Positions 9,679 through 20,184 of a stretch of 64,000 nucleotides of DNA are shown here, piece after piece (positions within the stretch are counted from its first letter, which is position 1; every line of letters begins with the position of its first letter). Location: contig OY760142.1 in NCBI GenBank assembly GCA_963663225.1, positions 640,001 through 704,000 on the forward strand, written 5' to 3'. This stretch comes from Nitrospirota bacterium. GTDB taxonomy: Bacteria; Nitrospirota; UBA9217. The notes under the pieces were generated by a model. The model did no database searches. It saw only the letters and a list, made by a program, of their open reading frames with translations, and was not told the origin of the DNA. Position numbers and translations under genes: made by a program.

Positions 9679-11130
9679 TCATCTATCCGTGAATTCCTCG
9701 TCCTCTTCGCCGCTAAACGGACCTTTGATGCCAAGCTCCTTGATTTTTTTCCGGAGAGTATTTCTGTTGATCCCGAGAAGATTCGCTGCGCGCACCTGGT
9801 TTCCTTCCGTCTTCTTGAGGACCAGGGTAAGAAGAGGCTTTTCGACACGCTGCAGCACCATGGAATAAATGTCCCCTTGTTCGAGACCGCCCATGCGCTC
9901 CACGAGATCGGCGAGTTTTTCTTCCAAAAAATTTTCGAAGGAAAGCGGCGCTCCCTGGCTGGGTCTGAAAACCTGGGGCGGCAATGCGTCCGGGAATACC
10001 TTATCCCCCTGTGCAAGGGTCATCGCGCGCTGAATTGCATTCTCCAGTTCCCGCACGTTTCCCGGCCAATCATAGGCACGGAGAATCTTGAGCGTCTCCG
10101 GAGTGAGAATCTTCGCCTTGCCCGAGACTGACTGGTGTTTTTGCACAAAATATTCCGCAAGAGGAATAATGTCATCCTTGCGTTTTCTGAGCGGCGGAAT
10201 ATTGATCTGAATGACGTTCAAGCGGTAAAAAAGATCCTCCCGAAACTGCTTTTCGCGCACGGCTTTGTCCAGGTCCTGGTGTGTGGCCGCGATCACCCGC
10301 ACATCGGTCTTGATTGATTCGGTCCCGCCGACCCGCTCGAATTCACGTTCCTGCAGCACCCGGAGAAGCTTGCCCTGCAGCGGAAGATTCATATCGCCGA
10401 TTTCATCAAGAAACAGCGTCCCGCCCGCGGCTGCCTCAAATTTTCCGATCTTTCTGGCCACCGCGCCGGTAAAAGATCCTTTTTCGTGGCCGAAAAGCTC
10501 GCTTTCAAGAAGCTCCGACGGAATGGCTGCGGAATTCACTGCCATAAACGGACGCCCCGCTCGCTTGCTGTGATAATGAATAGCCCGGGCAACAAGTTCC
10601 TTGCCGGTGCCGCTCTCCCCGTGGATCAGGACTGTTGCGTCGCTTTCCGCAACGCGTCCGATCGTTTTGTATATTTCCTGCATGGCAGGCGTATTGCCGA
10701 CCAGTCCTCCTTCATATTTTCCCCTTACTTCGGCCCGGAGCGCATTGACCTCGAGTGAAAGGCGTCTGACATCCATCGCTTTTCGTACAAGAATGCTTAC
10801 TTCATCAAGATCAAAGGGTTTGGTGATGTAATCAAACGCCCCGCGCCTCATCGCTTCGATCGCGTTCTGCATGGTGGCCTGGGCAGTCATAATGATAACC
10901 GAAATATTTTTCCCGGCTTCTTGTATCTTTGCCAGCGCTTCGAACCCGGACATCCCCGGCATGCGGATATCCATAAGCGCAACGGCGATGTCTCCCTCGT
11001 TGATACGGTCAAGGCCTTCCTGGGCATTCCTCGCAAGCACCGTTTCCATCCCGTCTTTTTCGAGCGCTTTTTTAAGCACCCAGCGGACGCTCTCATCATC
11101 ATCAACGATCAGAATTTTTTCATTCATCAT
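9679..11130 (-). CDS. ntrC: NtrC-type sigma54-dependent response regulator
   Basis: REC domain, AAA+ domain ([33 protein letters not shown]) and Fis HTH (AANLLGINRNTLRKK). Lies downstream of ntrB and near amt/PII genes. Confidence 0.88.
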   Translation of the reverse strand: MMNEKILIVDDDESVRWVLKKALEKDGMETVLARNAQEGLDRINEGDIAVALMDIRMPGMSGFEALAKIQEAGKNISVIIMTAQATMQNAIEAMRRGAFDYITKPFDLDEVSILVRKAMDVRRLSLEVNALRAEVRGKYEGGLVGNTPAMQEIYKTIGRVAESDATVLIHGESGTGKELVARAIHYHSKRAGRPFMAVNSAAIPSELLESELFGHEKGSFTGAVARKIGKFEAAAGGTLFLDEIGDMNLPLQGKLLRVLQEREFERVGGTESIKTDVRVIAATHQDLDKAVREKQFREDLFYRLNVIQINIPPLRKRKDDIIPLAEYFVQKHQSVSGKAKILTPETLKILRAYDWPGNVRELENAIQRAMTLAQGDKVFPDALPPQVFRPSQGAPLSFENFLEEKLADLVERMGGLEQGDIYSMVLQRVEKPLLTLVLKKTEGNQVRAANLLGINRNTLRKKIKELGIKGPFSGEEDEEFTDR

Positions 11131-11166
11131 ATCAACTCTCTCGGTTTCCAGCTGTGGATGCGCGTA

Positions 11167-12276
11167 TCATCCCGCCAGCGGTAAATACACACTGAATGTG
11201 GTGCCCTCATCCGGCCGGCTGTCCACTTTGATCGTGCCCAGATGATCCTGCACAATCTGATAGGAAAGCGCCAGGCCAAGGCCTGATCCTCTGTCTTTGG
11301 TCGTAAAAAAAGGCGTAAAAATATCCGCCAAGTGTTCCTGTTTTATGCCGGGGCCGGTGTCGCCAATCTTAACGACCATGAGCCTGTGCTTTTTCCCATC
11401 CGTCTGCACGCTCGTAAAAAAATCGGACATCCTCGTGATCACGGTCAGCTTTCCTCCACCAGGCATCGCCTCAATCGCATTCTTGATGATATTCAAAAAC
11501 ACCTGAACCAGCTGGTCCTCATTTCCGATAATATCCGGAAGGCTCGGATCATATAGCCGGGTAAGAACAGTGCCGGTTTCCCGCACGTTTCCCTCTTGCA
11601 GCAAAAGAACGCGGTCCAGAATGCTGTGAATATTATGGGCGCGCATCTCCCGGGGCTTCAGGCGCGTAAAATCGAGAATCTCTTCAAGCACGCTGTTCAG
11701 GCGGTCGGCCTCCTTGAGAATCACATCAAGATATTCTCCAAAATTTCCCTTGACGGCAGCCGCTGCCGAACGGAGTTCCGACTGCAGAAGCTGAGCTGCT
11801 CCGCGTATGCCGACCAGCGGATTTTTGACTTCATGCGCTATCCCTACCGCAATCATTCCCAGAGTTGTCAGGCGGTCGGAGCGGCGCATGCGTTCTTTGA
11901 GGTCCCGTACACTCTCCTGATCGCGGATAGACAGGATAAGTCCCGTCGGCCGTCCCTCACGGTCCGTGAGCACGGATGTTACAAAACCCACGGGCAGCGG
12001 GGACCGGTGTTTTGACACCAGTTCGGCTTCATAATCAGAATAGGACCTGCCGCTCGAAAACGTTTTTTCTATCTGTTTTTTGACGGCAGGATTATCGGGA
12101 AATATTGCATAAACACTTGTTCCTATCGCGTCCGCTGCAGCAATGCCGGTCATTTCTTCCGCAGCACGGTTCCAGATCAAAACCGTACCATCCAAATCCG
12201 TTACGACAACACCGTCAACAATGCCGGCCAGAATATCAGCAGTAAGATCGGGTATGCGTGTTGAAATAGGAGTCAT
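11167..12276 (-). CDS. ntrB: NtrB-type PAS sensor histidine kinase
   Basis: PAS domain, AHEVKNPLVGIRGAAQLL H-box (NtrB signature), YDPSLP and HATPase G boxes. Confidence 0.88.
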   Translation of the reverse strand: MTPISTRIPDLTADILAGIVDGVVVTDLDGTVLIWNRAAEEMTGIAAADAIGTSVYAIFPDNPAVKKQIEKTFSSGRSYSDYEAELVSKHRSPLPVGFVTSVLTDREGRPTGLILSIRDQESVRDLKERMRRSDRLTTLGMIAVGIAHEVKNPLVGIRGAAQLLQSELRSAAAAVKGNFGEYLDVILKEADRLNSVLEEILDFTRLKPREMRAHNIHSILDRVLLLQEGNVRETGTVLTRLYDPSLPDIIGNEDQLVQVFLNIIKNAIEAMPGGGKLTVITRMSDFFTSVQTDGKKHRLMVVKIGDTGPGIKQEHLADIFTPFFTTKDRGSGLGLALSYQIVQDHLGTIKVDSRPDEGTTFSVYLPLAG

Positions 12277-12393
12277 ACGTAATTGATAGCACAATATATT
12301 TGATGATTCAAGTTAATTTGTGGTATAGTGCCGCTCACTGCTGATATCCGGCCGGCTGTCTTTTCGGAAAGCGGCGCCGCAACGATTTTTGCC

Positions 12394-13257
12394 ATGTTTA
12401 ATATCCGCCTTCTTCTCGTCGCCTTAATATGGGGCGTTAATTTCGCCGTTGTAAAATTCGCGCTCGCGGAGTTTCTGCCCCTGAGTTTTACGGTCGTCCG
12501 GTTCTTTCTGGCGGCGCTCTTCCTTATCACCGTCATGGTTTTGAACAAGGAGCCGCTTTCGGTCGACCGTCAGGACCGTGCCGCGCTTGTTCTGCTCGGC
12601 ATTATCGGCATCACCCTGTATAACCTGTTCTTCATGTACGGACTGAACTATACATCAGCCTCAAATTCCGCGCTGATTATCTCCCTCTCGCCGCTTTTTG
12701 CGGTATTCATTCAGTCCCTCAGTGGGAACGAGCGAGTCACTGCCCGTATCATCGCCGGCCTGGCACTGGCTTCCGCAGGCGTATTTCTGATCATCAGAAG
12801 CCATTATGGTGAATTCAGTTTTTCCTCGTCGGGTTTTTTCGGCGATCTTCTGACTCTTTGCGGCGCTGTGCTTTGGGCATTCTATACGCTCAAGGCAAAA
12901 CCGCTGCTCCTGAAATATTCGCCGCTGAAAGTCACGGCATACAGCATTGCGGCAGGAACCATCGTGCTCCTTCCCGTCAGCGCGTACGAACTGGCACAGC
13001 AATCATGGTCGGGCATCTCGCTGCAATCCTGGTTCGCACTCGGCTTTTGCGCTTTCATCGCCGCCGGCGTGGCCTTCACGCTCTGGTACCAGGGAATACA
13101 GCAAATAGGCGTCACCCGCACCATCGTATATCATTATCTTATGCCGTGTGTCGCAGTGGTATTTGCGGCACTTTTTCTCGGTGAACGCATCACTCTTCTC
13201 CAAGTGATAGGAGGCACCGCCGCCCTTATCGGCGTATTGATTGTCCAGCGGCGGTGA
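12394..13257 (+). CDS. EamA/DMT family transporter
   Basis: About 10 hydrophobic segments with LIWGVNF and ALFLGERIT motifs. ATG 12394 preferred because the GTG at 12328 overlaps a -10 box. Confidence 0.85.
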   Translation: MFNIRLLLVALIWGVNFAVVKFALAEFLPLSFTVVRFFLAALFLITVMVLNKEPLSVDRQDRAALVLLGIIGITLYNLFFMYGLNYTSASNSALIISLSPLFAVFIQSLSGNERVTARIIAGLALASAGVFLIIRSHYGEFSFSSSGFFGDLLTLCGAVLWAFYTLKAKPLLLKYSPLKVTAYSIAAGTIVLLPVSAYELAQQSWSGISLQSWFALGFCAFIAAGVAFTLWYQGIQQIGVTRTIVYHYLMPCVAVVFAALFLGERITLLQVIGGTAALIGVLIVQRR

Positions 13258-13269
13258 ACAGGTTTATTT

Positions 13270-14622
13270 CTATGAAGAATATCCTGCCTCTCCATGCTGC
13301 GTTATATCAAGTCCTTCCGTTTCCTGATCCGCATTCACCCGCAGCCCCCCGACCGCTTCAATGACCTTCAGCACAACCAAACTGACAACGAACGAGTAAG
13401 CGGCAACGACAACCACGGCCCCTGCTTGAATAAGCAACTGCTTTGCATTGCCGAAAAACATTCCGTTCGCACCCGCCGCATTTACCGCGAGGGATGCGAA
13501 AAGCCCTGCCATCAAGGTTCCGACCATCCCGCCGACACCGTGCACGCCAAAAGCATCGAGAGAATCGTCATAGCCATACTTTGTTTTTGCGTTCAGGGCA
13601 ATGTAGCATACAATGCCGGCTGCCATCCCGAACAAGAGGGCCGGAAGGGGTCCCACAAATCCGGCCGCTGGCGTAATCGTCGCAAGACCGGCGATTGCCC
13701 CTGTAGCAGCGCCGAACATGGTAGGTTTGCCGCGATGGATCCACTCTACTGCGATCCAGGCGATCGTGGCTGCGGAAGCAGCTGCGTGCGTTGAGATGAA
13801 TGCGGAAGCGGCAAGGGCGCCGGAGGATAGAGCGCTTCCGGCATTGAATCCAAACCAGCCGAACCAGAGCAGCCCCGCACCGAGAACCGTCATTGGCAGA
13901 TTATGCGGGGGCATGGATTCGCGCAAAAAACCTTTTCTTCTGCCGATAAACAGCGCCGCGGCCAGCGCGGAAAAACCCGAAGTAACATGGACGACGATGC
14001 CGCCGGCAAAATCAAGCGCCCCCAGATTCCTGAGCCACCCTCCTGTCCCCCAGACCCAATGAGCAACAGGGTCATACACCACGGTTGTCCAGACGATCGT
14101 AAAAATCAGGAATGCGGAGAACTTCATGCGTTCCGCGAACGCTCCGCTGATCAACGCAGGGGTGATTACCGCAAACATCATCTGGTACAGCATAAAAACC
14201 ATATGCGGTATGGTGGGCGCATAATCTGCGTTCGGCAAAAAATCCACGCCGCTCAGTCCCGCCCAGCCCAGACTGCCGATAATGCCTTTGATGTCAGGGC
14301 CAAACGAAAGCGAGTAGCCGAACAAAATCCATTGAACGCTGACCACTGCAATGGCTATGAAGCTGTGCATGATCGTGCCGAGCACGTTCTTTCTGCGGAC
14401 CATGCCTCCGTAAAACATGGCAAGACCCGGCGTCATGAGCATCACCAATGCCGTTGATACCAGCATCCAGGCTGTGTCTCCTGTGTCGATCTTTGCAGCC
14501 GATGCGCCGGTCGGCGCAGCAGCAGCTGACAGAGGGCTCTCCTGTGCTGCGGCAAAGGGTGCAAATACCAGAAAACAGAGCAGCACAACTGCCGTTATTT
14601 GAAGTAAATCTTTTCTAATCAT
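13270..14622 (-). CDS. amtB: ammonium transporter AmtB (copy 1)
   Basis: [27 protein letters not shown] and DDSLDAFGVHG. Twin-His pair intact. Confidence 0.95.
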   Translation of the reverse strand: MIRKDLLQITAVVLLCFLVFAPFAAAQESPLSAAAAPTGASAAKIDTGDTAWMLVSTALVMLMTPGLAMFYGGMVRRKNVLGTIMHSFIAIAVVSVQWILFGYSLSFGPDIKGIIGSLGWAGLSGVDFLPNADYAPTIPHMVFMLYQMMFAVITPALISGAFAERMKFSAFLIFTIVWTTVVYDPVAHWVWGTGGWLRNLGALDFAGGIVVHVTSGFSALAAALFIGRRKGFLRESMPPHNLPMTVLGAGLLWFGWFGFNAGSALSSGALAASAFISTHAAASAATIAWIAVEWIHRGKPTMFGAATGAIAGLATITPAAGFVGPLPALLFGMAAGIVCYIALNAKTKYGYDDSLDAFGVHGVGGMVGTLMAGLFASLAVNAAGANGMFFGNAKQLLIQAGAVVVVAAYSFVVSLVVLKVIEAVGGLRVNADQETEGLDITQHGEAGYSS

Positions 14623-14671
14623 GTAGCTAAATCCTCCCTGAGTTTATACATACGATTACACGCTTATCAAT

Positions 14672-15067
<396 letters not shown>

Positions 15068-15073
15068 TTATTT

Positions 15074-15089
15074 AGCAAGGCGTATGCCA
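15074..15089 (-). promoter_or_regulatory. sigma54 (-24/-12) promoter of glnK-amtB
   Basis: Minus strand reads TGGCATACGCCTTGCT, with correct GG-N10-GC spacing. Confidence 0.85.
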
Positions 15090-15278
15090 CAGACAGCCAG
15101 AAAAAAGAAAGAATAAATCCTTTGATTTTGTGCTGTTTTTTATCTTTTCATTTTTGCGAACGGGAATTTTATCCATCTCGCAGTCTATTTGTTAGGCATG
15201 TGTATAATTAGTAGGCATGACATAACAGCACCAGGTCTTTGCGAAGCATGGACAGGAGGAGCAAAGCAATACGTCTAC

Positions 15279-15319
15279 ATAATAATTATTATTGACAAAT
15301 AATTATTATTAACTATAAT
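15279..15319 (+). promoter_or_regulatory. sigma70 promoter overlapped by two Per/Fur-box cores
   Basis: TTGACA (15292-15297) and TATAAT (15314-15319), with ATAAT-T-ATTAT at 15282-15292 and 15299-15309. Confidence 0.75.
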
Positions 15320-15326
15320 GAAACGT

Positions 15327-15737
15327 ATGGACAAATATAGAAACATCGGCTTTAAACTCACCCCGCAGAGACTGGCTATTCTGGATTACCTGGAAGGAAA
15401 TCTACAGCATCCTTCTGCTGACGATATTTACCAGGCGGTACTCAAGGAATTCCCGACAATTTCCTTTGCAACGGTCTATACGACTCTTGCGGAGTTGAAA
15501 CGGAGAGGCAGACTGCTTGAACTCACGACCAATCCTAACAAAAAACACTACGATCCTGAAACAAGTGAACACAGCCATCTTCTCTGCACGCGTTGCAACC
15601 GGATATTCGATATTCCTGTCGAGTACACGCTGGTGCTGCCGGAAAGCGTTAAAAGAAATTTTACTATTACGAGAAGCCATCTTGATTTTCACGGTCTCTG
15701 CCCGAACTGCAGAAAAAATCGTCCGGAAAAAAAATAA
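15327..15737 (+). CDS. perR: Fur-family regulator, PerR-like
   Basis: KLTPQRLAIL, HPSADDIY, ISFATVY, HSHLLCTRC...D and CPNC motifs, upstream of sod and rubrerythrin. ATG 15327 chosen because ATG 15318 overlaps the -10 box. Confidence 0.8.
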   Translation: MDKYRNIGFKLTPQRLAILDYLEGNLQHPSADDIYQAVLKEFPTISFATVYTTLAELKRRGRLLELTTNPNKKHYDPETSEHSHLLCTRCNRIFDIPVEYTLVLPESVKRNFTITRSHLDFHGLCPNCRKNRPEKK

Positions 15738-15853
15738 TAGTGCAGCAACGGGCACCGGAGCAGCTGATTTTCCCCGTTTTTCGAACGCCACGAAAAACAT
15801 TTTGTCTGCTATACTATAGCAATCGGACTAAATATTAAAAGGAGGAAGCAGTT

Positions 15854-16432
15854 ATGGCTTATACAGCAAAAGAGTATTCAAAACTTATCGGGATGGCCGG
15901 GTTCAGCGAAACCCTGCTCAAAAATCATTTTACGCTGTATCAGGGGTATGTGACCAATACAAACAAGGTGCTTGATACTCTCGATCAAATGGCCAAAGAC
16001 GGCAAGACAGCAACACCGGAATTTGCAGAGCTCAAACGCCGTCTCGGCTGGGAATTCAACGGAATGCGGCTTCATGAATATTATTTCGAAAATCTGGGCG
16101 GCAAAAGCGGCATTGATAAAAGCGGTTCGCTGATCAAAAAAATCGCTGAAAGTTTCGGCAGCTATGAAGCATGGGAAAAGGATTTCAGGGCAACAGGCGC
16201 CATGCGCGGCATCGGTTGGGTTGTTCTATACCAGGATGCTCTGTCCGGAAGGCTTATCAATTTCTGGATCAATGAACATGATGTTTCCCATCCTGCCGGG
16301 TGCAACCCTCTGCTTATCATGGACGTGTTCGAGCACGCCTTCATGCTTGATTATGGGCTCAAACGCGCAGATTACATCGAATCGTTCTTTAAAAATATTA
16401 ACTGGACTGCTGTTGAAGCGCGAATAAAATAA
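15854..16432 (+). CDS. Fe/Mn superoxide dismutase family protein
   Basis: HFTLYQGYV, LHEYYFENL and MDVFEHAF metal ligands, with an AAGGAGG RBS. Confidence 0.88.
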   Translation: MAYTAKEYSKLIGMAGFSETLLKNHFTLYQGYVTNTNKVLDTLDQMAKDGKTATPEFAELKRRLGWEFNGMRLHEYYFENLGGKSGIDKSGSLIKKIAESFGSYEAWEKDFRATGAMRGIGWVVLYQDALSGRLINFWINEHDVSHPAGCNPLLIMDVFEHAFMLDYGLKRADYIESFFKNINWTAVEARIK

Positions 16433-16472
16433 AACACAGGATCAATTGGAAAAAGAAAGGAGATTGTTAATA

Positions 16473-16970
16473 ATGCCAACATCAGAGAAAAACCTGCAGG
16501 ATGCCTTTGCCGGCGAGTCCCAGGCCAACAGAAAGTATCTTGCGTTTGCAAAGAAAGCGGAACAGGAAGGCTACACCCAGGTGGCGAAACTGTTCAGGGC
16601 TGCGGCTGCGGCAGAAACCATCCATGCACATAACCACCTGAAGGAACTCGGTGGCATCAAGTCTACGGCGGAAAATCTGCAGGAGGCCATCAATGGAGAA
16701 TCGTATGAGTTCCAGAAGATGTATCCGCAAATGATCGCCGACGCCAAGGCAGAAAGCAACGACAGGGCCCTCAAAACATTCAATTACGCGAATGAAGTGG
16801 AAAAAATCCATGCAGCGCTGTACCAAAAGGCACTGAACAAACTTGGCAAAACAAAAGAAACCTTCGATTATTATGTCTGCAGAGTATGCGGATATACCGC
16901 TGAAGGTGAAGCTCCTGATACCTGCCCGGTCTGTAAATCAGGCAAAGTTGCATTTATGAAAGCAGAATAA
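16473..16970 (+). CDS. rbr: rubrerythrin
   Basis: AFAGESQANRKY, ETIHA and EKIH diiron motifs, plus a C-terminal rubredoxin domain CRVCGY...CPVC. Confidence 0.92.
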   Translation: MPTSEKNLQDAFAGESQANRKYLAFAKKAEQEGYTQVAKLFRAAAAAETIHAHNHLKELGGIKSTAENLQEAINGESYEFQKMYPQMIADAKAESNDRALKTFNYANEVEKIHAALYQKALNKLGKTKETFDYYVCRVCGYTAEGEAPDTCPVCKSGKVAFMKAE

Positions 16971-17005
16971 CGGTCACCTGTTTCCCGGAAAACCATCGGT
17001 CCCTG

Positions 17006-17040
17006 AAAAGGAGGCAAGCTCCGTCTTTGCCTCCTTTTTC
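17006..17040 (+). terminator. intrinsic terminator after rbr
   Basis: AAAAGGAGGCAA...TTGCCTCCTTTTT. Confidence 0.8.
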
Positions 17041-17262
17041 ATCAAAATCATCCATGCAATAACGGCCTCCACCCGTTGAGTCACGTTGTTCCTGTTGTTG
17101 ACTAATCCGGTTTTTTTTTGTAAAATCATTCCTAAAGTTGTGTCTGCTTATCAGTGCAAGCGATTTTTTCCTGAACCCTTTCCTTCACTGCGCTATCGGA
17201 GTATCAACTTCACCACGACTATCCGTTATGGTCTGAGGAGCTTTCAGTAACCATGGCCATAC

Positions 17263-18216
17263 ATGAAAGGTTTGCATATGCCTATTACGCTTGAACCCCG
17301 ATCCTTCTTAGACAAACTCTTGTCGCTTTATGGCAAAAAACGTGCATTTTACACATTGGAGCACGAATCGACACCGGCCTATTGCATCATCAGACGGGAA
17401 GGATTTCTTCAGGCATTGTTCAGAAAAAAAACCAGTCCACTGCCCGCGGGATGGCTGTATTCTGATGCACCCGCTTTTCGAACCGACGCAGAATACATCG
17501 CTGATTATACGGACGCGCTGTTCGGTAAAGGCCTCGGTCGTCAGCACAAGCTGGAACAAGCTCTTGCAGATTTCGACAGGGTGGTGGCACGCTGCAGCAA
17601 AAAGGAATCACCCGAGTTTAAAAAATCCGTTGCAGGGGCTCTGCTGCACAAAGGGTTCATTTTATACAAAATGTATAAAGAACCTGAGGCCAGAGCTGCG
17701 TATGAAGAAATCATTGCGCGCTACGGCAACGAGCAGGCCATTGAACTCAAGCAGGCGGTCGCCGAGGCGATGATAGGAAAGGGTAATACGTTCGAATGGG
17801 ACGACCTGTCAAAAGCTGTCTCCGCTTACGATGATGTCGTACGGCGCTTTTCCGGCGAGCAGTCAACTGAACTTAAAAAATGGGTAGCCGGCGCTTTGAT
17901 ACGAAAAGGCAACACACTCAAGTGCAACAATCCCGAACGTGATCTGGCCCCGGCAATACGTGCGTATGATGAGGTAATCGAACGTTTTGGCAATGAACAG
18001 TCCGTAGAGCTCAAAAAATATGTAGCCGAAGCGCTGATAAGCAAAGGAAATCTGTACAAAATGTATGACAAGCTCCCGGAAGCCCTGGCGGCCTATGAAG
18101 AAGTGACCAGGCGCTTTGAGGGAGAAGAGTCGGCCGAGATGAGGCTGTTTCTTGCCGAGGCGCAGTGCTACCACGATTTAGACCATCGAAGTTTAACAAA
18201 ACGAAAGAAACCGTGA
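17263..18216 (+). CDS. TPR-like alpha-solenoid repeat protein
   Basis: About five ~43-aa repeats of the form A..AYDEV..RF..E.S.ELK..VA.AL..KG. The start could alternatively be 17278. Confidence 0.7.
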   Translation: MKGLHMPITLEPRSFLDKLLSLYGKKRAFYTLEHESTPAYCIIRREGFLQALFRKKTSPLPAGWLYSDAPAFRTDAEYIADYTDALFGKGLGRQHKLEQALADFDRVVARCSKKESPEFKKSVAGALLHKGFILYKMYKEPEARAAYEEIIARYGNEQAIELKQAVAEAMIGKGNTFEWDDLSKAVSAYDDVVRRFSGEQSTELKKWVAGALIRKGNTLKCNNPERDLAPAIRAYDEVIERFGNEQSVELKKYVAEALISKGNLYKMYDKLPEALAAYEEVTRRFEGEESAEMRLFLAEAQCYHDLDHRSLTKRKKP

Positions 18217-18304
18217 GTTCTTTACGACTAGTTGCTATTTGCGTGACGTATACGCCCCCTTCCCGTTCATGAGCAGTCTGTGACGGCGTCCCGCTTTTCG
18301 GCAC

Positions 18305-18340
18305 AAAAAAAGGTTGGCATGTAATACAACATGCCAACCC
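18305..18340 (-). terminator. intrinsic terminator after PII gene
   Basis: Minus strand GGTTGGCATG...CATGCCAACC followed by a T-run. Confidence 0.8.
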
Positions 18341-18361
18341 AGGGAGGATCACAGCGATCTG

Positions 18362-18769
<408 letters not shown>

Positions 18770-18787
18770 TTACGACATCTCGCTTCA

Positions 18788-20143
18788 TTATGAATTGTAC
18801 GCATGCTCTCCATGCTGGCTTTCATCAAGACCGACCGTTTCCTCTTCCGCATCGACACGCAGACCAACGATCAGTTTTACAATCATGAATATGACAAATG
18901 TCACGACTGCGCAGTAAACAGCGGTCACCAAAATCGCTTTTATCTGGATCCACACCTGGATCGGATTGCCGTAGAACAATCCCTTGCCTGCATCATTGAT
19001 TGCGGGGTCAGCAAAAAATCCGGTAAGAAGCGCGCCAATCGTCCCGCCAACACCGTGAATCCCGAATGCATCAAGAGTATCATCGTATCCCAATTTCCGT
19101 TTTACGACGGCAACCGCATAGAAGGGAATAACGCCTGCTGCGATGCCGATGACCAGTGCTCCGATGATATTTACAAAACCTGCGGCCGGCGTGATGGCAA
19201 CAAGACCTCCAACCGCACCGGATGCAAGACCCAGCATGGTCGGCTTGCCGGAATGTTTCCATTCGACGAACATCCATGATAATGCAGCCATGGCAGTAGC
19301 CGTGTTGGTGTTGATGAACGCCGCACCGGCAAGGCCGTTCGCAGCAACCGCAGAACCCGCATTAAAGCCGAACCATCCGAACCAGAGCAATCCCGCTCCG
19401 GTCACCACCAGCGTCAGATTGCTCGGAAGAATAGGTTTGGTTTTTCTATTTCCGAGAACGAGGGCGCCGACAAGGGCCGCGATACCGGCGTTAATATGCA
19501 CAACCGTGCCGCCCGCGAAGTCCAGTGCTCCTGCCTGTGCCAGAAATCCTCCGCCCCAGACCCAGTGCGCAATCGGAACATATACAAAGCTGAACCAGAG
19601 TACGCAGAAAAGCAGCCACGCGGAAAATTTCATTCTTTCGATGTAGGCTCCGCTTGCCAGTGCAACGGTGATTGCAGCGAATGTCAGCTGGAACACCACA
19701 AATATCTGCTCTGGGATCGTCTTGGCAAGATCCGTTATGCTGTTCACACCGACTCCGCTCAGGAACAGTTTGTCCGCTTTTCCTATCCAGCCGCTTACAT
19801 CCGTACCAAATGCAAACGTGTATCCATAGAGAACCCAAAGAACGCTCACAATGCAGAAAGCAACAAAACTCATGGCCATAGTATTGAGCGAATCCTTGCG
19901 CTTTGCCAAACCGCCGTAAAACAGCGCCAAACCAGGCACTGTCATCAGCATGACGAGTGCCGTTGCAACAATCATCCAGGCTGTGTCGCCTGTATCAATC
20001 TTAAGCGGCGCTGCGGGAACCGCAGCGGCAGCAGCCGCAGGTGCCGCGGCCTCTTCCGCCAGAACGATTGCGGGAGCCGCAAGTACTGTCATAGCAAAGA
20101 ACAGTACAATCAAAACAATTGATTTAAGAAATGGACCTTTCAT
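18788..20143 (-). CDS. amtB: ammonium transporter AmtB (copy 2)
   Basis: [27 protein letters not shown] and [11 protein letters not shown]. Confidence 0.95.
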   Translation of the reverse strand: MKGPFLKSIVLIVLFFAMTVLAAPAIVLAEEAAAPAAAAAAVPAAPLKIDTGDTAWMIVATALVMLMTVPGLALFYGGLAKRKDSLNTMAMSFVAFCIVSVLWVLYGYTFAFGTDVSGWIGKADKLFLSGVGVNSITDLAKTIPEQIFVVFQLTFAAITVALASGAYIERMKFSAWLLFCVLWFSFVYVPIAHWVWGGGFLAQAGALDFAGGTVVHINAGIAALVGALVLGNRKTKPILPSNLTLVVTGAGLLWFGWFGFNAGSAVAANGLAGAAFINTNTATAMAALSWMFVEWKHSGKPTMLGLASGAVGGLVAITPAAGFVNIIGALVIGIAAGVIPFYAVAVVKRKLGYDDTLDAFGIHGVGGTIGALLTGFFADPAINDAGKGLFYGNPIQVWIQIKAILVTAVYCAVVTFVIFMIVKLIVGLRVDAEEETVGLDESQHGEHAYNS

Positions 20144-20184
20144 TGTAACCTCCTGTCTTATGCATTACTGTTGCTATTGCCGGT

